A stretch of 32,000 bases of DNA from Nanopusillaceae archaeon (GTDB lineage: Archaea; Nanobdellota; Nanobdellia; Nanobdellales; Nanobdellaceae). Shown here in pieces: positions 1-8,529 of the stretch (positions within the stretch are counted from its first letter, which is position 1; the number at the start of each line of letters is the position of its first letter). Below the pieces are notes generated by a model. It had not been told where the DNA came from, made no database searches, and saw only the letters and a program-made list of their open reading frames with translations. Location: the NCBI GenBank assembly GCA_038735675.1, contig JAVYNJ010000003.1, forward strand, positions 1 to 32,000. The letters are read 5' to 3'. Position numbers and translations under genes: made by a program.

Positions 1-1235
1 TCCCGGAGGATTGGGAGGTTGCTAAGTTAGGGGATAAGAAGGTCTCTCTCCTTATTAAATCAGGAAGTACTCCATCAAAAAAAGTAAAAGATTATTGGAA
101 TGGCAACATACCTTTTGTAACTCAATCAGATATGACAAAAGTAGATCATTACCTATATGAGACTTCTGAGAAAATAACTGAATTAGGTTTAAAGAGTTCT
201 AATTTAATTCTTGTGCCAGAAAATTCAGTCCTTCTATCAATGTATGGAACTATTGGAAAAGTTGTTATAAATAAAATACCCGTAGCGGTTAGTCAAAATA
301 TCGCAGCAATAATCTTAAACAAGAAAAGTATAAGTGAAGAATACCTATACTATGCTATCCAAGTATATTCTTCACAATTTAGGAAATGGGCTAAAATTAT
401 CACTTTAAAACATTTAGACATAAAAATAGTCAAGAATTCACTTATTCCTCTTCCATCACTTCCAGAGCAACAAAAAATAGCCGAAATTCTCTCAACTGTT
501 GATGAAGCTATTCAAAAGACTAATGAAATAATAGCTAAAACTGAACGCTTGAAGAAGGGTTTAATGCAAGAACTTTTAACAAAAGGAATAGGGCATAAGG
601 AGTTTAAAGATACAGAAATTGGAAGAATCCCGAAGGATTGGGAAGTCGTAAGGCTTGGCAATATTGCTGAGATAATTATGGGACAATCCCCTCCTTCACG
701 TACTTATAACAGAGAGGGTAAAGGATTACCATTTCTTCAAGGAAAAATAGAGTTTGGAGAAATATACCCTTCACCTGTTTTATATTGCTCACAACCAATC
801 AAAATAGCAGAACCAAATGATATTCTTATATCAGTAAGGGCTCCTGTTGGGGACGTTAATGTAGCACCTTTTAAGTTATGTATTGGTAGAGGATTAGCTG
901 CGATACGATTTAATTCTCAGAAAGCAATTTATTGGTTTTATTTCTATTACTTGCAAAAAATCAAAAATTTCTTAGAAAATCTCGGTAAGGGATCAACTTT
1001 TAAAGCAATAACTAAAGATGATTTAGAAAATTTAAAGGTACCACTTCCAAGTTATTCTGAACAGCAAAAAATCGCTGAAATTTTATTAACCATTGACAAA
1101 AAACTTAAAATTGAAAGAAACCGAAAAAGAAAATTAGAAAGAATCAAGCAGGGATTGATGGATTTGCTTCTTACTGGAAAAATTAGAGTTAAGGTAGATT
1201 ATAAAAACAAAGAAGAAATGATAAAATGTCATTAA
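1..1235 (+). CDS. hsdS: Type I restriction-modification specificity subunit HsdS (5' end cut by window edge)
   Basis: The frame is open from nt 3 (PEDWEVAKLGDKKVSLLIKSGSTPSKKVKDYWNGNIPFVTQSDM...), so the ORF-track Met at 132 is internal. There are two target-recognition domains, each opening with IP(E/K)DWEV..LG. Each is followed by a conserved helical spacer: LPSLPEQQKIAEILSTVDEAIQK...LKKGLMQELLTKG and LPSYSEQQKIAEILLTIDKKL...IKQGLMDLLLTGKIRV. It overlaps hsdR by 10 nt. Confidence 0.9.
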   Translation, partial: PEDWEVAKLGDKKVSLLIKSGSTPSKKVKDYWNGNIPFVTQSDMTKVDHYLYETSEKITELGLKSSNLILVPENSVLLSMYGTIGKVVINKIPVAVSQNIAAIILNKKSISEEYLYYAIQVYSSQFRKWAKIITLKHLDIKIVKNSLIPLPSLPEQQKIAEILSTVDEAIQKTNEIIAKTERLKKGLMQELLTKGIGHKEFKDTEIGRIPKDWEVVRLGNIAEIIMGQSPPSRTYNREGKGLPFLQGKIEFGEIYPSPVLYCSQPIKIAEPNDILISVRAPVGDVNVAPFKLCIGRGLAAIRFNSQKAIYWFYFYYLQKIKNFLENLGKGSTFKAITKDDLENLKVPLPSYSEQQKIAEILLTIDKKLKIERNRKRKLERIKQGLMDLLLTGKIRVKVDYKNKEEMIKCH

Positions 1236-4200
1236 CTGAGAGTACCTTACAAGATTACATCGGAAGAAGACTTAAAGAAGATTTAGGGTGGAATGTTGTT
1301 GAATGGGGTAAAGGTGTAAAAGGTGAAAGAGATTCTCTTGAAGAAGTTATTATAAAAGAGAGGTTATTTAGAGCAATAGAAAGAATAAACAATGTAAGTT
1401 TAAGTGATGATGAAAAGAAAAACATATTTTTAATTCTTTCTTCCTTACCTACTTCAATTGAAGGGATAAAGAACTTTTTAGACTTTGCTAAGAATGGGAT
1501 TCCATTTAAAATTAGAAGAGGCAACAAAGAAGAATTGAAACAAATTTATCTTTTCGATTTTGAAAATATCGATAACAACGATTTTCTTGCAGTTAAAGAG
1601 TTTGAAGTTGAAGAGAATGATAATAGGAGACGTTTTGATTTTTGTCTCTTTGTTAATGGCATTCCTTTAGTGGTGATAGAAACAAAAAACCCATTCTTAG
1701 AGGAAGAGAAAGGAACAAGCTGGTATGATGCATATAAGCAAATTTTAGAGTATGAAAAAGTAATTCCAAGCATCTTTAAGTATATACAGTTTTGTATTGT
1801 TTCAGATGGTTATGTAACTAAGTACTTTCCAAATTATTATGCTGAAAATTATGATGAGCTATTAGAGAAAGATAAAGGTGTATGGAAAAGCTTCTATCCA
1901 TTTAAAGAAGAAGAAGTGAAACCTCTTAAAATGTTTTCATACTTAGATTCAACTATTTTTGGTTTACTCTCTAAGAGAAATCTTCTAGATTTAATTGAGA
2001 ATTTTATCTTCATCAAAAAACATAAGAACGAATACAAGAAGATTATGGCTCGATATATACAGTTTGAAGCAACAAATCTAATAGTTAAGAGGGTAGTTGA
2101 AGAAAAGGAGAAGAAGCTTGGATTAATTTGGCATTGGCAAGGTTCTGGTAAAACTTTAATCATGGCTTTCGCCTCTTGGAAACTTCTTAGAAATCGAAAA
2201 CTCGAAGTACCTACTATATTTATTGTAATTGATAGAAAAGATTTACAAACACAAATAGTTGAAGAATTCAGATCTCTAGGTATAGAGATAGAAAAGATAG
2301 AAAACATAAAAGAATTAGTTAACGTGCTGAAATGGGGAGGGAAAGAAAGAGAAGGAAAAAGAGGGATATTTGCTTGCTTGATTCAAAAGTTCCAGCCTAA
2401 GAAACTAAAGAAACTCCATGATAGTGGAGAGATAAATCTTGAGAGAGAAAACATCATAATCTTTACAGATGAAAGTCACAGAAGTCAATATGGGCTTTTG
2501 GCAAGTGTAATGAGAAGTATATTCAAAAATGCTACAATTTTTGGTTTTACAGGTACACCTTTAACAAAAGTCGAGAGAAACACTTTTCAAAAATTCTCTC
2601 CTAAAGGTGAGCTCTATCTACATCGTTACAGCATGAAAAAATCCATTGAAGATGGCTATACAATACCAATAAGATATGAAGCTAGACTGCCAGATCTTCA
2701 CTTAAAAGAAGAAGAAATAGAGAAACTTTCAGAATACGAGGAAGAAGTTATTCAAAAATTAACACAAAAAGAAAGAAAATTATGGAGGAAAAAAATTAAG
2801 GCAGGAATTGCGCTTCTTAAAGCTCCTGAAAGAATTAAAAAGGTTTGTGAGGATATAGCCATGTACTTTAAGGAAAAAATTGAAAAAACAGGTCTTAAAG
2901 CTATGATAGCCTGTGTTGATAGAGAGTGTTGTGTTTTAGTCAAAAAAGAACTTGATAAATATCTCGATCCAAGATATTCAGAAATCGTTATGACATATCA
3001 AGCAAGAGAGAAATCAGAAATTATTGAAGAATATAAAAACGAATTGGTGAAAAGATTTGGTCATTCCGATTTTGATAAGATAAATAGAGATATAATAGAA
3101 TCGTTTAAAGATCAAGAATTTCCAAAGATCTTGATAGTTAGTGATATGCTCTTAACTGGTTTTGATGATAAGAGATTATGGGCTTTATTCTTATATAAGC
3201 CACTGAAGGAGCACAGATTGTTACAAGCTATAGCTAGAACCAATAGGCCTTATAAAGATGTGAAGGAATTTGGATTAATTGTCGATTACATAGGAATTGC
3301 TAAAGACTTAAAAAAAGCATTGGAACAATTTGAGAGTGATTTTATTGATGAAGCTTTGCGCTTGATAAAAGATATAAAAACTTCTGAGGAAGATTTTGAA
3401 AAATGTGTAAACGAAATTAAAGAGATGTTAAAAGGTATTGAAATAAAAGGATTGGAAGATATTAATAATGCTGTCGAAACCTTAGTCTTAGAAGGAAAAG
3501 AGAAGGAGTTTATCGAAAAAGTTAAAAGATTAAGGAGATTATATGAATTAATTTCTCCTAGCGAAACCATATTTAAACATTTAGAATTTTATAAAAATGT
3601 AATTAGTATCAGCATAGCTTTAAATAGATATAGTAGGGAGGGAATGAGGCTTGCAGAAATAGAAATGATGGCTAAAAAAACATATGAACTTATCCAAAAA
3701 ACTATCGGCGTTGATAGAATAGAGAAAATTGGTGAAATAAATATTGATAGGGAACTTTTAGAGCTTGACACTAATAAAAAACCAGGAACTATTATAAGGA
3801 TTCTAAGAGAAATCGAGAAAAGAATTGAAGATCGCAGCTCAGATTCTTATGTTAGATTAAGAGAAGAAATCGAGAAAATAATTGAAGAAATAAAAAATAA
3901 TAAAAAAGTAACAAAAGAGATTGTCGAGAAGATAAAATTTTCATATAAAAAACTTAAAAAAATAGATGAGGAAAGGGAAAAGTTAGGAGAGATCTTTCCG
4001 ATATTTGACGTGTTAAGAGAATATTTTCCAAGAGAGAACGCTGAAAAAGTATCAAGAGAAATTATTCAAGAACTTAAAGAAAAAGACCTTCTCAGTAAGG
4101 AAAGTTTTTTGAAGAAGAATTTGAAGAAAGAAATAAAGAAAATAGTAAGAGAGAATATAATAAGGAACTTTGGACTTGTTAAGGAGTTAGACAACATTAT

Positions 4201-4243
4201 GGAAAAAATATTCATGAACTTAGAGAGAAGATACCATGGATAA
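1226..4243 (+). CDS. hsdR: Type I restriction enzyme R subunit HsdR (SF2 helicase/translocase with N-terminal PD-(D/E)xK nuclease)
   Basis: 1005 aa. Nuclease core FDFCLFVNGIPLVVIETKNP. Walker A WHWQGSGKTLIMAF. DEAD/H-type motif II FTDESHRSQYG. Motif VI QAIARTNRPY. Long K/E-rich helical C-terminus. The ATG at 1226 overlaps the hsdS stop. Confidence 0.92.
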   Translation: MSLTESTLQDYIGRRLKEDLGWNVVEWGKGVKGERDSLEEVIIKERLFRAIERINNVSLSDDEKKNIFLILSSLPTSIEGIKNFLDFAKNGIPFKIRRGNKEELKQIYLFDFENIDNNDFLAVKEFEVEENDNRRRFDFCLFVNGIPLVVIETKNPFLEEEKGTSWYDAYKQILEYEKVIPSIFKYIQFCIVSDGYVTKYFPNYYAENYDELLEKDKGVWKSFYPFKEEEVKPLKMFSYLDSTIFGLLSKRNLLDLIENFIFIKKHKNEYKKIMARYIQFEATNLIVKRVVEEKEKKLGLIWHWQGSGKTLIMAFASWKLLRNRKLEVPTIFIVIDRKDLQTQIVEEFRSLGIEIEKIENIKELVNVLKWGGKEREGKRGIFACLIQKFQPKKLKKLHDSGEINLERENIIIFTDESHRSQYGLLASVMRSIFKNATIFGFTGTPLTKVERNTFQKFSPKGELYLHRYSMKKSIEDGYTIPIRYEARLPDLHLKEEEIEKLSEYEEEVIQKLTQKERKLWRKKIKAGIALLKAPERIKKVCEDIAMYFKEKIEKTGLKAMIACVDRECCVLVKKELDKYLDPRYSEIVMTYQAREKSEIIEEYKNELVKRFGHSDFDKINRDIIESFKDQEFPKILIVSDMLLTGFDDKRLWALFLYKPLKEHRLLQAIARTNRPYKDVKEFGLIVDYIGIAKDLKKALEQFESDFIDEALRLIKDIKTSEEDFEKCVNEIKEMLKGIEIKGLEDINNAVETLVLEGKEKEFIEKVKRLRRLYELISPSETIFKHLEFYKNVISISIALNRYSREGMRLAEIEMMAKKTYELIQKTIGVDRIEKIGEINIDRELLELDTNKKPGTIIRILREIEKRIEDRSSDSYVRLREEIEKIIEEIKNNKKVTKEIVEKIKFSYKKLKKIDEEREKLGEIFPIFDVLREYFPRENAEKVSREIIQELKEKDLLSKESFLKKNLKKEIKKIVRENIIRNFGLVKELDNIMEKIFMNLERRYHG

Positions 4244-4586
4244 GTTTAAAGATGATATAGAAGCATTTAAAGAAAAGTTGGAAAGAATACTTAGGGAATT
4301 CATTGAGAAAAGAGGAATAGAGATTTATGGAGAGCCTATTAAAATCGTGGTTGGAAAATTTGATGATATTGCTCTTGCTTTTATAAAGGGAAAAACGATT
4401 TACGTTGATATCAAAGCGAAAAATTTCCCTGAACATGTTTTAAAATATATTATTGCTCATGAGCTTGCTCATCTATTTGTAAAAAAACACACTCCAAAAT
4501 TTTACATGATAGTAAAAATGATTTATCCGGAATATGAACAAGCTAGAAAGGAACTTTTAAGAATCTTAAACATAACTAAAAAATAG
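4236..4586 (+). CDS. Small HExxH metal-dependent hydrolase, DUF45/YgjP (COG1451)-like, coupled to hsdR
   Basis: 116 aa. The C-terminal half reads IIAHELAHLFVKKHTPKFYMIVKMIYPEYEQARKEL: HExxH, then a downstream His, then the P-x-Y segment typical of DUF45. The ATG lies 8 nt inside the hsdR 3' end (ATGGATAA). Confidence 0.7.
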   Translation: MDKFKDDIEAFKEKLERILREFIEKRGIEIYGEPIKIVVGKFDDIALAFIKGKTIYVDIKAKNFPEHVLKYIIAHELAHLFVKKHTPKFYMIVKMIYPEYEQARKELLRILNITKK

Positions 4587-4849
4587 CTCTATTATTCAAA
4601 AGTTATAAGCGTAGCAATAATATAACTAGAGAGCTAACAGAATAATATACGTATAACTTCTGCTTTTAATTCTATATTACCAATCTTGTTGTAAAGGTTT
4701 AGTCAGGTATTGTTTTTTTAATCTAACTTGTTCGCTTTTCTCAACTTAACTTATTTTAATAATATAATTACTAATTACATTAGACAATTATTTAATTTTA
4801 AATTATGTATAGACTTTGAAGAAATAAGCATATTCGTCAGAAGCATATA

Positions 4850-4921
4850 TGGGCCCGGGGGGATTTGAACCCCCGACCTCCGCCTAGTGAGGGCGGCATC
4901 ATACCACTAGACTACGGGCCC
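4850..4921 (-). tRNA. tRNA-Val (anticodon CAC)
   Basis: The reverse complement reads GGGCCCG-TA-GTCTAGTGGTATGAT-G-CCGCC-CTCACTA-GGCGG-AGGTC-GGGGG-TTCAAAT-CCCCC-CGGGCCC-A. It has a 7-bp acceptor stem, a 5-bp anticodon stem and a canonical T arm. CCA is not encoded. Position 37 reads U, which is unusual. Confidence 0.85.
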
Positions 4922-4958
4922 AATATAAATTTAATAACTTTTTTATAAATTTTATAAA
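4922..4958. promoter_or_regulatory. 37-bp divergent spacer with TATA-like elements serving tRNA-Val (-) and the 4959 ORF (+)
   Basis: On the minus strand, TTTATAAAAAA lies about -28 to -18 from tRNA nt 1. On the plus strand, ATATAAATTTAAT lies about -35 to -23 from the ATG at 4959, consistent with a leaderless mRNA. TATA-like strings are common in this AT-rich DNA, so this is weak evidence. Confidence 0.3.
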
Positions 4959-5720
4959 ATGATTTACTTATTTTTACTTTTTTCTATTATATTTCAAGTT
5001 ATATTTAATTTATTTTTATTTTATTCCATTATAAATTTACCAAATGTTAATTTTGTTTTAGTCTTTTTTTCTATTATTTTTCTTGCATTTTTTCTTTTAT
5101 TTTATGAAAAAATACAAAATATAAAAATAAAAAGTATTTTTTTAATAATACAATTTCTTTTTTCAGTTTTATTTAATTATATCTTACTAATATTTCTTAT
5201 TTTAATAGCTATTGTAATGTTTAAAGATGTTAAAGAAGGAATTAACATTTTTAATACGATTTTATTTTTAATATTTCTCTTTTTACCCTTTGTTTATCAA
5301 CCAATTCAAAATATAATTGCTGAAAAAGTGATTGATTTTCTAGAACCAAAAATAAAAGAAATAGTTTTAAATCAAATAAAAACCCAGATTTCCATTGATA
5401 TAGAATATACAATAAATGTTGCAATTTTTGGTTTTAATTTTGCAGTTAATAATTTAGAAGTTAAGGATTATGATAAAATAGAAAACATAAAAAATTTGCT
5501 AGTAGATGCTATAAAAAATCAAAGTATCGATTTTGAAAAAACATATATTAATATATTTTATGAAAAGGCCATTCTTAATTTAAAAGAAATTTTAAAACAA
5601 AATAAATTATTAATTTCTTTAGTAGTTTTAGTTTTTTTGTATTTTATTTTTTACATATATTTATTTTTTGTTAGTGTTTTTTACGAAATATTTAAGAAAA
5701 TCTCCTTTAAAGTTTTATAA
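4959..5720 (+). CDS. Hypothetical polytopic membrane protein
   Basis: 253-aa ORF in extremely AT-rich DNA. Hydrophobic F/I/L-rich segments sit at both ends around a polar central region. No motif recognised. No competing ORF on the other strand. Confidence 0.5.
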   Translation: MIYLFLLFSIIFQVIFNLFLFYSIINLPNVNFVLVFFSIIFLAFFLLFYEKIQNIKIKSIFLIIQFLFSVLFNYILLIFLILIAIVMFKDVKEGINIFNTILFLIFLFLPFVYQPIQNIIAEKVIDFLEPKIKEIVLNQIKTQISIDIEYTINVAIFGFNFAVNNLEVKDYDKIENIKNLLVDAIKNQSIDFEKTYINIFYEKAILNLKEILKQNKLLISLVVLVFLYFIFYIYLFFVSVFYEIFKKISFKVL

Positions 5721-5729
5721 ACTTTTTTT

Positions 5730-6068
5730 ATGAATATATTTACTTTTATGAAATTTTGTCCAAATTGTGGTAGAATATTAGTAATAAAAGATAAATATTT
5801 AGTATGTGAAAATTGCGGATATAAAGAAAAAATCGAAATAAAAAAAGAAAAAATATTTTCTGAAGAAAAGAATACTAAAAGTAAAATTGTAATATTTGAA
5901 AAAGAAGAAACTAAAGAAAAGCTTCCAATAGATGAAGAGATAATTTGTCCAAAGTGTGGAAGTAAGGGAGCTTATTTCTGGTCATTACAAACAAGAGCTT
6001 CTGATGAAGCAGAAACAAAGTTTTTTAAATGTGTAAAATGTGGTTATGTCTGGAGGAGTTATGATTAA
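5730..6068 (+). CDS. tfs: Transcription factor S / RNA polymerase subunit M-like (TFIIS-type zinc ribbon)
   Basis: N-terminal zinc ribbon CPNCG...CENCG. C-terminal TFIIS ribbon CPKCGSKGAYFWSLQTRASDEAETKFFKCVKCGYVWRS with the acidic DE loop. The true start may be the second Met at 5748 (MKFCPNCG). Confidence 0.85.
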   Translation: MNIFTFMKFCPNCGRILVIKDKYLVCENCGYKEKIEIKKEKIFSEEKNTKSKIVIFEKEETKEKLPIDEEIICPKCGSKGAYFWSLQTRASDEAETKFFKCVKCGYVWRSYD

Positions 6069-6588
6069 AAAAATTATAAAAAAAATAACAAGTTTCTTTA
6101 AATTTATACTACTTGAAGATAATTGGAAAAGCGATTTAGCATTTTTTTTATTAATAATTTTATTAATAGTTTTTATTAATTTGTATTCTCCATTTTTATT
6201 TTCTGTAGTGTATTCTAATAGTATGGAGCATCATAATTTTGATTGTAGAAAATATGAAAAGTTTAATATTTCCTGTTCTGATTTTGAAAAGTTTCCGTTT
6301 AGAAATGGAATAAATGTAGGAGATGTTGTAATAATTATTCCAGCAAAATATGAGGAGTTGAAAGTTGGAGATGTAGTTGTATATATTTCATTAAGTGGAA
6401 AACCGATATTACATCGTATTGTTCAGAAAAATGATACTTTTGTATGTATTATGGGAGATAACAATCCATATCCTTCTCAAGAAGAATGCCCGCTATACGA
6501 TATAAATGCAATAAAGGGCAAAGCAATCTTTAGAATCCCCTATATAGGATATCCTAGAATATTAATTAAGAAATTTTTAGGGATTTAA
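6061..6588 (+). CDS. Archaeal-type signal peptidase I (S26B/Sec11-like)
   Basis: N-terminal TM segment, then the boxes SNSMEH (Ser nucleophile), GDVV, ILHRIV (His) and MGDNNPYP. The ORF track begins at GTG 6040. The ATG at 6061 is preceded by GGAGG (6052-6056), so I prefer it as the start. Confidence 0.8.
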   Translation: MIKKIIKKITSFFKFILLEDNWKSDLAFFLLIILLIVFINLYSPFLFSVVYSNSMEHHNFDCRKYEKFNISCSDFEKFPFRNGINVGDVVIIIPAKYEELKVGDVVVYISLSGKPILHRIVQKNDTFVCIMGDNNPYPSQEECPLYDINAIKGKAIFRIPYIGYPRILIKKFLGI

Positions 6589-7648
6589 AAAATTCTTTAA
6601 GTTCATAATAAGAATCTTTGGGCTTTATTTCTCTAGTCAATATCCCAAATTTAGCTTTATATCCTATTTCCCATTCATAATTATCTAATAAGCTCCAAAT
6701 AAAATATCCTTTTATATTATACTTTTTTCTGTTATTCAAAACAAAAGTAAGATGTTTTTTAATATATTTTGCTCTTTTATATTCATCTTCAGTCGAAATT
6801 CCATTTTCTGTTATAAAAATATCTTTATTTTTTGTTTTTAACTTATCTAAGACTTTTGAAAAATATTTCAAAGATTCATAAAATTTTCTTGTAGTATAAT
6901 CTACTAAAATACCATAATAATTTACTCCTATTCCATCTACTTTTTTTGGTAAAGTTGATATAATTAAATCTAAATATGTATCTTTGAAAAACTTAATTAA
7001 ATAAAAGTTAAAAAAAGAGAAGTTTTCAATATAAATTATCTTTTCATCGCTTTCTTTAATAATTTTATATACTTCTTTATGTGCTAAATGAAAATTTTCT
7101 AAGATATCTGAAATTTTTTTTAAATTTTCGATACTACTTATTTTTTCAAAAGGAGGCCAAAAACCAAGAACATATGAATTTAATGTATACACAAAAGGTT
7201 CATTAAAAGTAATAAAATACTTTACATCATATTTTTTTAGATTTTTTATTAGGATATCTACATATTCTATAAAGTAGTTTATATTTTCTCTATATTGCCA
7301 TCCACCTTTGTCAAAAAACCATTTAGGATTTGTAAAATGCCATAAACATATAAAAGGTTCTATATTTTTTTCCTTTAGTTTTTCTATAAATCTTAAATAT
7401 CTATTCAAATTTTCTTGTGAAAAATTATTTTCTTCTGGAAAAATTCTAGACCATTCTATGGAAAATCTAAAAGCATTTACTTTTAAATCTACTAAAAATT
7501 GAATTATTTTTTCATAATTTTCCCATAAATTACATGCTTTTCCACTTTTTGGTAATTTATCATTTTCAAAATAATACCAGTCGCTATAGAAATTATCTCC
7601 TTCAGTTTGATATGCTGATATAGAAAAGCCTAAGAAAAATTTTTCCAT
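6566..7648 (-). CDS. Glycoside hydrolase family 1 (beta-glycosidase), compact 360-aa form
   Basis: SISAYQTEG. NAFRFSIEWSRIFP. ITFNEP (acid/base Glu). FITENG (nucleophile Glu). YFIWSLLDNYEW. Confidence 0.85.
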   Translation of the reverse strand: MEKFFLGFSISAYQTEGDNFYSDWYYFENDKLPKSGKACNLWENYEKIIQFLVDLKVNAFRFSIEWSRIFPEENNFSQENLNRYLRFIEKLKEKNIEPFICLWHFTNPKWFFDKGGWQYRENINYFIEYVDILIKNLKKYDVKYFITFNEPFVYTLNSYVLGFWPPFEKISSIENLKKISDILENFHLAHKEVYKIIKESDEKIIYIENFSFFNFYLIKFFKDTYLDLIISTLPKKVDGIGVNYYGILVDYTTRKFYESLKYFSKVLDKLKTKNKDIFITENGISTEDEYKRAKYIKKHLTFVLNNRKKYNIKGYFIWSLLDNYEWEIGYKAKFGILTREIKPKDSYYELKEFFKSLKIS

Positions 7649-8526
7649 AATTTATTAAGTTCTAAAATACCTTCATAAATAACTTTTCTATTGTATCCTC
7701 CTTCTAGAAGATATATGACTTTATATGGTAGTAAATACTCAAAGATTTTTTTATAAGTCTCTATTGTTATTTTAAATACAGAAAGAGGATCTAAATAATG
7801 CATGTCAAATCCAAGAGAAACCAAAATAATTTTTGGATTAATATTTTCAATATCTATCATTATTTTTCTGAATATTTCTAAGTATTTTTTGTCATCAGTT
7901 CCAAGATCTAAGGGATATTTGTAAATATTTTCAAAATCTTTTGAATCATTTGAAAACGGATATACTCCTTTTGCATAAGTTGAAATAAAATTAACATTTT
8001 TAATATCTTTTAAAATATCCTCAGTTCCATTTCCATGATGAATATCTATATCTAATACTAAGATATTATTATATTTTTTTCTGGCATAAGTAGCTAAAAA
8101 AGCAATATTATTAAAAATGCAAAAGCCTAAAGTACTATCTACTTTTCCATCTCTTCCAGCATGATGTCCGGGCGGTCTTGTAGGTATAAATATTTGTTTT
8201 TCTTTTTCTATAATATCTAAAGCTTTTATTGTTGCCATAATTGATGAAAATGAAGATAAATAAGAATAAGGAGAAATATATGTATCTTCATCTATATAAA
8301 CTATTTTTTTATTTTTATTTGCATATTTAAAATATTTTTTAATTTTTTTAATGTATTTCCAAGAATGAACTAGAGATAGAAATTTATAAATTCTTTTATT
8401 TATCTTATATGGTTTTTCATAACCCTCTTTTTTAATTATTTTTAATAAATCAAAAATTCTACTCTTATTTTCTATATGATTCGAATTATTATGATACATA
8501 AATTTTTTACTGAAAATTATCTTCAT
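7630..8526 (-). CDS. Histone deacetylase / acetoin-utilisation / acetylpolyamine amidohydrolase family protein
   Basis: RPPGHHA. GFCIFNNIA. LDIDIHHGNGTE. SLGFDMH. LEGGY. Its 3' end overlaps the GH1 start by 19 nt on the same strand. Confidence 0.85.
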   Translation of the reverse strand: MKIIFSKKFMYHNNSNHIENKSRIFDLLKIIKKEGYEKPYKINKRIYKFLSLVHSWKYIKKIKKYFKYANKNKKIVYIDEDTYISPYSYLSSFSSIMATIKALDIIEKEKQIFIPTRPPGHHAGRDGKVDSTLGFCIFNNIAFLATYARKKYNNILVLDIDIHHGNGTEDILKDIKNVNFISTYAKGVYPFSNDSKDFENIYKYPLDLGTDDKKYLEIFRKIMIDIENINPKIILVSLGFDMHYLDPLSVFKITIETYKKIFEYLLPYKVIYLLEGGYNRKVIYEGILELNKLWKNFS

Positions 8527-8529
8527 AAT

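Noticed and set aside
132-134. ATG at 132 as the hsdS start, as listed in the ORF track.
   Set aside because: The frame is open back to nt 3 and encodes the typical TRD1 opening IPEDWEVAKLGD, which mirrors TRD2 at 625-660. The real start is upstream of the window.
455-1100. The two conserved hsdS spacer regions (about 462-490 and 1056-1084) as recombination or phase-variation repeats.
   Set aside because: Conservation is at the protein level. The DNA differs at most wobble positions, and the longest identical run is about 8 nt (CAAAAAAT). No simple-sequence tract, invertase or silent hsdS cassette is visible in the window.
1255-4436. Seven minus-strand ORFs inside hsdR and the DUF45 gene (1255-1527, 1546-1773, 1894-2307, 2752-2943, 3286-3570, 3589-3771, 4212-4436).
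   Set aside because: They are antisense to a motif-verified HsdR. The sense strand is rich in GAA/AAG/AAA codons, whose complements (TTC/CTT/TTT) contain no stops, so long antisense ORFs arise by chance. Their products are low-complexity S/F/L-rich strings.
1-4849. A copy of the tRNA-Val 3' segment inside the window, which would mark the distal att site of an island.
   Set aside because: I could find no match to GGATTTGAACCCCC or GGGCCCGG outside the tRNA itself. The distal border, if any, lies beyond the left edge.
7308-7502. Plus-strand 64-aa ORF inside the GH1 gene.
   Set aside because: It is antisense to a CDS with intact GH1 catalytic motifs and has no features of its own.
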